From assembly GCA_963810775.1 (NCBI GenBank), contig CAWEOT010000005.1, positions 113,720-177,719 of the forward strand: DNA of 64,000 bases. Reading direction: 5' to 3'. Numbering within the stretch: the first letter of the stretch is position 1; every line of letters begins with the position of its first letter. This document shows, in pieces, positions 58,554 through 64,000 of the stretch. Origin of the DNA: an uncultured Gammaproteobacteria bacterium. Lineage in GTDB: Bacteria > Pseudomonadota > Gammaproteobacteria > Steroidobacterales > Steroidobacteraceae. The notes below the pieces were generated by a model. It worked only from the letters and a program-made list of their open reading frames with translations. It was not told the origin of the DNA and made no database searches. A program made the position numbers and the translations under genes.

Positions 58554-59561
58554 ATGACGACAAGCACGCCGTTGTCGCAACACGATGAGCGCTTTCGTTC
58601 GCGCGTGCTTCACGCAACGTTCCGCAACAGCAAATGCGCTCTCGCATCAAGTCTCCTTGCCCTGACGCTGGCGGGCAGCGCAAGCGCGGCGTCTGACACA
58701 CCGCGCAGCGTGGTCCCCCTTTGGACGGGGGAAGACCAATGGGTGAGGATCGAACCGCAGGACAAATCGGCGACGGTACCTAACGATCAGCCCGTCACAC
58801 TGGACAACGGCACGGTCTCGCGAGCGCTGAGTGCACTCAAGATTCGGATCGTCGATCCGGATACCGGCATTGAGGTGCAGCGCGCGGTGTTCACAGCTGA
58901 GGAAGTTGGGCACATCGCGCCGTATATCATCTCGGGACTCGCAAAGGCTGGGCCACGCCAGGACATCACGTTCAGCACGATCGGTAGCCGCACGCGTAGC
59001 ATCGGCAGCTCGATCAAGGACCCGTCGGTCAACGCCGGACGCATGTTCTACCAGGGCGGCAAGCTCAACGTGATCTTCGGTGAGCTGCAGTCTAACTATC
59101 GCAAGAAGAACATCTACGGGCAGAGGGACCAGGATTTTACCCCTCGCCGCCAGGGGACACGCGAGAAGGAGAGCGAGCAGAAGCTCGCCCTGACGGCGGT
59201 TCCAGGAGTCGCCCTGGAAGCGGCCCGTAACGACTGGCTGACGATCGATCTGACCGTCGCCGGCGCACAGGCAGTCGCAACGTCACCGACCTCGACGGGG
59301 ACAGCTGCTGCGCCACAAGCAGCCGCGCGGGCACCGGAGCCTGCTCCGTCACCCGCAGCGGGTGCAGCTGCAGTTCCGGCTCCGCCGGCTGCCGCAACAC
59401 CTGTTCCCGCACCTCAAGCGGCGCCCGCGACGTCAGCAGCGGACGCCAAGACCGCAGACCTGGAGCGTCGCCTGCGGGCGCTCAAGGAAATGAAGGACAA
59501 GGGTCTGATCAGCGAAGAAGCGTACAACCAGAAGATGAAGGAGCTGCTTTCGGAGCTGTAA
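58554..59561 (+). CDS. Exported hypothetical protein with an Ala/Pro-rich linker and a C-terminal SHOCT-like motif
   Basis: ORF 58539..59561; the start is uncertain (TTG 58539, ATG 58554 or an internal GTG). Signal-like CALASSLLALTLAGSASA. C-terminus LKEMKDKGLISEEAYNQKMKELLSEL resembles SHOCT. Confidence 0.55.
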   Translation: MTTSTPLSQHDERFRSRVLHATFRNSKCALASSLLALTLAGSASAASDTPRSVVPLWTGEDQWVRIEPQDKSATVPNDQPVTLDNGTVSRALSALKIRIVDPDTGIEVQRAVFTAEEVGHIAPYIISGLAKAGPRQDITFSTIGSRTRSIGSSIKDPSVNAGRMFYQGGKLNVIFGELQSNYRKKNIYGQRDQDFTPRRQGTREKESEQKLALTAVPGVALEAARNDWLTIDLTVAGAQAVATSPTSTGTAAAPQAAARAPEPAPSPAAGAAAVPAPPAAATPVPAPQAAPATSAADAKTADLERRLRALKEMKDKGLISEEAYNQKMKELLSEL

Positions 59562-59666
59562 GTCGAAGGACTGCCGGCTCCCGCTCGCAGCTCGAGGCCG
59601 CATCCTTATGAGTGGCCAAACAGGTACATTTGCGTCCCGCAATGAGGGACAAGATAAGGGGGTTCC

Positions 59667-61346
59667 ATGACGCGTTCACGCTCGGGTATCAGCGCACTGC
59701 CGGCGTTACTGTGCGCCGGCTTGCTGTTTCTGGCCGCTCATCCAGCCGGGGCTCAGGACGTGAGCCAATCGATGCTCGATGGCGCAGCGAAAGATTCGAC
59801 CAACTTCCTGCACACCAACGGGAACTATGATCAGACGCGGTTCTATCCTGCGTCGCAGATCACCCGTGAGAACGTCAAGAAGCTCCGCCCGGCCTGGGTG
59901 TTCCAGACCGATGTGGTGGAGTCGATGGAGACCACGCCGATCGTCGTCGGTGGCGTGATGTACGCGACGACTTCGTTCAATCACGTCTATGCCCTCGATG
60001 CTGCGACCGGGCAATCGAAGTGGCACTACAAGCACAACATGGGGCCGATCACAACCTACTGCTGTGGTCCCAACAACCGCGGAGTCTTTGCCTACGGTGA
60101 CAAGCTCTACATGGGCACACTCGATGCGAAGCTGGTCGCGCTCGACGCCAAGACCGGCAAGCTGGTGTGGGAGCAGCAGATTGCAGACCCGGAGCTTGGC
60201 TACAGCGAGACCATGGCGCCGACTGCTGTCGACGGCAAGATCCTGATCGGCACGAACGGCGGTGAGTACGGCATTCGTGGTTTCGTAAAGGCCTATGACG
60301 CCGACTCCGGCAAGCTCCTGTGGACGTTCAACACGACTCCGGAAAACTCGGTCGGCGTATGGGCCACCAAGGACGCCACCGGGCGCGACATGCATCGCGA
60401 CATCAAGGCCGAAAAGGCGGCGCTCAAGAAACTCGGGGATCCGTACAAAACCCTCGGCGGCGGTGTGTGGCAGAACATGGCCGTCGATCGCGAGACCGGT
60501 ATCGTGTATTTCGTCGCCGGCAATCCTTCACCGGACCTGTACGGCGCGATCCGCCCGGGCGACAACCTTTACACGAACTCTCTCGTGGCAGTCGACCTCG
60601 CGACGGGCAAGTACAAGTGCCACTTCCAGTACATCGCGCACGATGTCTGGGATCTCGATGCAGTCAGCCCTGTGGTCATTGCGCAGGTGAAGGATGCGGG
60701 CGGCAAGACGGTCAAGGGATTGCTACATGCCGGCAAGACCGGTTACGTCTACGTGCATCGCGCCAGCGATTGCAGCCTGATCCGTTTCTCCGATCCGATG
60801 GTCTCGCAGGAGAACCGCTGGGTGCTGCCGACGCCGGAAGGCGCGCGCATGTTGCCTGGGGCGAACGGCGGAGTTGAATGGTCGCCGATGGCGGTCGATG
60901 CGTCGCAGAACACGGCCTACGCGATCAACCTGCACCAGCCCATGACCTATCACGTCGAGGAAACACCGTACCCCGGCGGCAAGCTCTGGCTGGGTGGCGC
61001 CTTCAAAGTCATCCCCACCGAGGCGCAGTCCGGCAACATCTCCGCCGTCGACTACAACACGGGCAAGATCCGCTGGCAGGTCAAGACCGAGCAGCCAATG
61101 ATCGGCGGAATCCTGGCGACTGCGGGCGGCCTCGTCTTCACCGGCGAAGGCAACGGCTGGTTCAAGGCCTACGATTCCTCGACTGGCAGTGAGCTCTGGC
61201 GCTTCCAGTGCGGTGCGGGTGTGAACGCTCCGCCCGCGTCCTACACGTTGGGCGGCAAGCAGTACATCGTCGTAGCGGCTGGCGGGAACGTGCAGCTGGA
61301 CTTCAAGCGCGGCAACAACATCTTCGCCTTCTCGCTGTCAGATTGA
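59667..61346 (+). CDS. PQQ-dependent alcohol dehydrogenase (quinoprotein, type I-like) with a D-x-D motif
   Basis: 559 aa. Signal peptide ..AAHPAGAQD, vicinal Cys [13 protein letters not shown] propeller repeats, and [10 protein letters not shown] with the D-L-D codons at 60651..60659. Confidence 0.85.
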   Translation: MTRSRSGISALPALLCAGLLFLAAHPAGAQDVSQSMLDGAAKDSTNFLHTNGNYDQTRFYPASQITRENVKKLRPAWVFQTDVVESMETTPIVVGGVMYATTSFNHVYALDAATGQSKWHYKHNMGPITTYCCGPNNRGVFAYGDKLYMGTLDAKLVALDAKTGKLVWEQQIADPELGYSETMAPTAVDGKILIGTNGGEYGIRGFVKAYDADSGKLLWTFNTTPENSVGVWATKDATGRDMHRDIKAEKAALKKLGDPYKTLGGGVWQNMAVDRETGIVYFVAGNPSPDLYGAIRPGDNLYTNSLVAVDLATGKYKCHFQYIAHDVWDLDAVSPVVIAQVKDAGGKTVKGLLHAGKTGYVYVHRASDCSLIRFSDPMVSQENRWVLPTPEGARMLPGANGGVEWSPMAVDASQNTAYAINLHQPMTYHVEETPYPGGKLWLGGAFKVIPTEAQSGNISAVDYNTGKIRWQVKTEQPMIGGILATAGGLVFTGEGNGWFKAYDSSTGSELWRFQCGAGVNAPPASYTLGGKQYIVVAAGGNVQLDFKRGNNIFAFSLSD

Positions 61347-61363
61347 CGTTGACGGTTGATCGA

Positions 61364-61393
61364 GCGCGGGTGGTCCCGAGGGACCGCCCGCGC
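61364..61393 (+). promoter_or_regulatory. 13-bp GC-rich hairpin between the second PQQ dehydrogenase and its cytochrome c gene
   Basis: GCGCGGGTGGTCC CGAG GGACCGCCCGCGC (one G-U pair). No U tract follows. Confidence 0.5.
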
Positions 61394-61454
61394 CTTGCTG
61401 CGCGCGCCACTTCCAGTAGAGCAGCAAGGGAAAACCCTGGCGAGATGTAGACGG

Positions 61455-62075
61455 ATGAGAACTGTTCGGATTGCACTGACACTGTCGGCACTATCGCTTC
61501 TTTCATCGCAGGCGCCAGCGGCAACAGATGATGAGTTTGCGCCAGTGCAGGCCACCCTCCAGACCTGCTTTGCCTGCCATGGTGATCGTGGAGCTGCGCC
61601 GCTGCCCGAGAACCCGATCCTCGCGGGCCAGGAGTTCTACTACCTCTACGTGCAGTTGAAGGACTTCAAGAGCGGCCTGCGCAACAGCGCCGTCATGGGT
61701 CCGATCGTCCAGGCCCTGCAGCCAGACGACCTGAAGTTGCTGGCGCAGTACTTTTCCAAGCAGACCTGGCCCGGCACCACTCACGCAGCGGATCCGGTAA
61801 AAGCCCCCGTCGTGAAAGCGGCGCTGGATGCGGGCGCCTGCATCGCCTGTCACCTCGGCGATTTCCGCGGTAACAGTCGTGTGCCGCGCCTCGCGGGTCA
61901 GAATCTCGAGTACCTGACGCACACCATGCTCGACTTCAAGAGCAAGGCACGCAACAACGCGCCGGCTATGGGCTCATTGCTCACGACCTTCAGCGAGGAC
62001 GATATTGCCAGTCTTGCCGACTATCTCGCTTCGATCACTGTGTACCAGAGCTCGCAGACTGGCGAGATCCAGTGA
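61455..62075 (+). CDS. Dihaem cytochrome c (c4-like)
   Basis: ORF trimmed to ATG 61455. Signal peptide and two CxxCH motifs (CFACHG, CIACHL). Confidence 0.75.
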   Translation: MRTVRIALTLSALSLLSSQAPAATDDEFAPVQATLQTCFACHGDRGAAPLPENPILAGQEFYYLYVQLKDFKSGLRNSAVMGPIVQALQPDDLKLLAQYFSKQTWPGTTHAADPVKAPVVKAALDAGACIACHLGDFRGNSRVPRLAGQNLEYLTHTMLDFKSKARNNAPAMGSLLTTFSEDDIASLADYLASITVYQSSQTGEIQ

Positions 62076-62934
62076 CTCGCAGCAATTCGACGATCGACGC
62101 GTGGCCGCCCGCGGCGGCGTGATCGCTCGCGGTCTTGCCGGCATGGTCTTTCAGAGTCCGATCCGCTCCGCGTTCCAGGAGCTTTTGCACGTTGGCGGTG
62201 TGCCCCTCCGCGCTCGCGATCATCAGCGCAGTCATGCCTCGCCCGTCTTGCAGATCCGCCTTTGCTCCGGCGCTGAGCAGCGCTTCGACGGCATCTACAT
62301 GATCATATCCCGCAGCCCACATCAGCGCGGTGAGCTCATTGCCGTACCTCTGATTCACGTCGACGCCGTGGGCCAGGACCAGCCGCAGAATCTCCGCGTT
62401 GCCAGACGCCGCCGCGTACACGAGCGCGGACTTTCCTGTCCTGTCGACCAAATCGGCCTTCGCTCCACGCTCGAGCAATAGCCCCACGAGCGACGTGCTG
62501 TTGCCGTATACCGCGTGCATCAGGGGCGAGAGCAGCTGCTGATCCACGTGATTGACGTCGGCGCCGGCTTCCAGAAGCAGCGTCGCTGCCTCCAGATGGC
62601 CATTGTGGGCCGCCTGCATGAGCGGCGTTGCCTGCTCCACGTTCGCCTGATCGACGTCCGCGCCGGCTGCGAGCAAGGTGCGCACGACTTCGGCATGGCC
62701 TTCGCGGGCAGCCTGAAACAGTGGCGTCGCGCCGACGCGATTGCGCGTCTTGACGGAAGCGCCCTGGTGCAACAGGCGTTCGACCACAGCTTCATCGCCC
62801 GCACGCGCTGAGTCGAGCAGCTTGAGATTGAGCTCGCGTGAATCGAGCGGCTCATCCGCCTCAGCGGCCGACGCGAATGCGAACACGAGCAACAGAACGC
62901 CGCGCGCCAGGGTCTGGAACAACGCGTGGTGCAT
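62035..62934 (-). CDS. Exported ankyrin-repeat protein
   Basis: 299 aa. Signal MHHALFQTLARGVLLLVFAFASAAEA, then about 7 ankyrin repeats (GATPLFQAAREGHAEVVRTLLAAGADV.. pattern). Confidence 0.85.
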   Translation of the reverse strand: MHHALFQTLARGVLLLVFAFASAAEADEPLDSRELNLKLLDSARAGDEAVVERLLHQGASVKTRNRVGATPLFQAAREGHAEVVRTLLAAGADVDQANVEQATPLMQAAHNGHLEAATLLLEAGADVNHVDQQLLSPLMHAVYGNSTSLVGLLLERGAKADLVDRTGKSALVYAAASGNAEILRLVLAHGVDVNQRYGNELTALMWAAGYDHVDAVEALLSAGAKADLQDGRGMTALMIASAEGHTANVQKLLERGADRTLKDHAGKTASDHAAAGGHASIVELLRVTGSRQSASSGTQ

Positions 62935-62939
62935 CCTGA

Positions 62940-63575
62940 TCAGGCCTCGATGATGCCGTGACGAATGGCGAGTAAGGTGAGCTCCGATTGATTGGTGACC
63001 TCGAGCTTCTGCTTGATGTTGTAAAGGTGCGTGCCGACGGTCGACGCGGAGAGATTGAGGTCGTCGGCGATTTTCTGGACGCTCGCGCCGCGCGCCAGCC
63101 GGATGAACACGTCGAACTCGCGCTCCGAGAGTCGCTCGATGGGCGGCTTGGCGCCGCCCTCGATTTCGGCGAGCGCCAGCTTCTGCGCCAGTCTCATGTC
63201 GATGTAACGACGCCCCGCGCCGACGGTGGTCACGGCCTCTACCAATGCTTCCGGGGCACTGCGCTTCGACAGAAAGCCCAGCGCACCCTCGCGCAGCGCC
63301 CGGCGGGCGTGCACGGGATCATCATGTGCAGAGAGCGCGAGTATCCGGGCCTGAGGATCGCGAGCCCGAATCCGCCGCAACGCCTCGAGTCCGCCCATGC
63401 CTGGCATGGCGATATCCATGACGACGACGTCCGGGGCAAGATCGATGTAGCGCTGGCACGCCGCCTCGCCGGATTCCGCTTCGGCGACGATCTCGACCTC
63501 CGCCAGTGATTGCAGCAGGAGCCGAAACCCCGTGCGGACCACCGCGTGATCGTCAACCAGGAGAACGCGGATCAT
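62940..63575 (-). CDS. NarL/FixJ (LuxR-type) response regulator
   Basis: 211 aa. MIRVLLVDDHAVVR receiver domain and a LuxR HTH (LSEREFDVFIRLARGASVQKIADDLNLSASTVGTHLYNIKQKL). Confidence 0.9.
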   Translation of the reverse strand: MIRVLLVDDHAVVRTGFRLLLQSLAEVEIVAEAESGEAACQRYIDLAPDVVVMDIAMPGMGGLEALRRIRARDPQARILALSAHDDPVHARRALREGALGFLSKRSAPEALVEAVTTVGAGRRYIDMRLAQKLALAEIEGGAKPPIERLSEREFDVFIRLARGASVQKIADDLNLSASTVGTHLYNIKQKLEVTNQSELTLLAIRHGIIEA

Positions 63576-64000
63576 GCGGTCCCCGCCAAGGGAATTTCTG
63601 CAGTAAGGCAGACACCACGGGATTCACGATTGGCAACCTTGAGCACGCCACCCAGATCTGTGATGCGTTCCGCCAATCCGCGCAGACCAAAATGTCCCGG
63701 GAGTGACCATTGTTCCGGCAACCCGACGCCGTCGTCGACGATGGTGACGATCATTCGCTCCCCGTCCGCTTGCACGTTGATATCCACATAGGTGGCCTGC
63801 GCATGGCGCAGCGCGTTGATGAGCCCTTCCTGCACGACTCGATACGCCGCGAGAGTCACCCTTGGGCCGAGGTCAGCGGACAGATCATGTCGAGCCGACA
63901 ACGCGACCGAGGGATATCGGCGCTGCGAGTCCCGCACGAGAGTCTCAAGAGTTGCGGCGAGCCCAAGTGAATCCAGCGAAAGCGGCGCCAGGCGAGGGAT
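63572..64000 (-). CDS. Sensor histidine kinase (NarX/HisKA_3 type); the N-terminal part lies outside the window
   Basis: The frame stays open to the window edge. HATPase_c motifs (QEGLINALRHA, DDGVGL, GLRGLAERI). ATGA overlap with the regulator start (63572..63575). Confidence 0.8.
   Translation of the reverse strand: MPRLAPLSLDSLGLAATLETLVRDSQRRYPSVALSARHDLSADLGPRVTLAAYRVVQEGLINALRHAQATYVDINVQADGERMIVTIVDDGVGLPEQWSLPGHFGLRGLAERITDLGGVLKVANRESRGVCLTAEIPLAGTA

Noticed and set aside
59260-59450. Ala/Pro-rich low-complexity DNA as a repeat element
   Set aside because: It is the coding linker of the 58554..59561 protein, between its N-terminal domain and the SHOCT-like tail. It is not an independent repeat.
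55605-59561. Lanmodulin-like EF-hand lanthanide-binding protein among the small exported proteins near xoxF
   Set aside because: I looked for D-x-D-x-D-G type EF loops in the 128-aa and 335-aa proteins and found none, so no metal-binding claim is made.

Overview
GC-rich (by eye, not computed) proteobacterial chromosomal segment with about 57 tightly packed protein-coding genes. I see no rRNA, tRNA, CRISPR array, integrase or transposase. Gene content in order: (1) cysA-cysT-cysW sulfate transporter, where cysA carries an unusual C-terminal extension of about 230 aa; (2) agmatine deiminase, a methyltransferase, and a PAP2 phosphatase divergent from an OmpR/HK pair; (3) icd followed 11 nt later by aceK; (4) assorted metabolism genes (PLP lyase, acyl-CoA dehydrogenase, DUF3604, CBS, aminotransferase, ppgK); (5) a large polyamine island (potFGHI, puuA/D/B, aguB, puuC, puuR, a class-III transaminase) and, further on, a ydcSTUV-patD-like operon; (6) a twice-frameshifted TorF-like porin gene and several hypotheticals; (7) an orphan RND pump translationally coupled to a DUF5996 gene; (8) a periplasmic alcohol-oxidation island. 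That island holds xoxF-xoxG-xoxJ plus glutathione-dependent formaldehyde oxidation genes, a second PQQ dehydrogenase with a dihaem cytochrome c, several uncharacterised exported proteins, a porin, a beta-propeller and an HK-RR-ankyrin operon. Both PQQ enzymes carry the lanthanide-type D-x-D motif. I found no convincing defence or mobile system. The best candidates for something undescribed are: (a) the uncharacterised exported proteins and the shared AAYCGC-type promoter repeats inside the PQQ island; (b) a 153-nt rod-like inverted-repeat element that exactly fills a convergent intergenic gap; (c) the CysA C-terminal fusion; (d) the RND-DUF5996 coupling. Three frameshifts all sit at 3-nt G/C runs, so they may be assembly indels rather than true pseudogenes. 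All homology calls come from reading the translations and from memory of the families; no searches were run.
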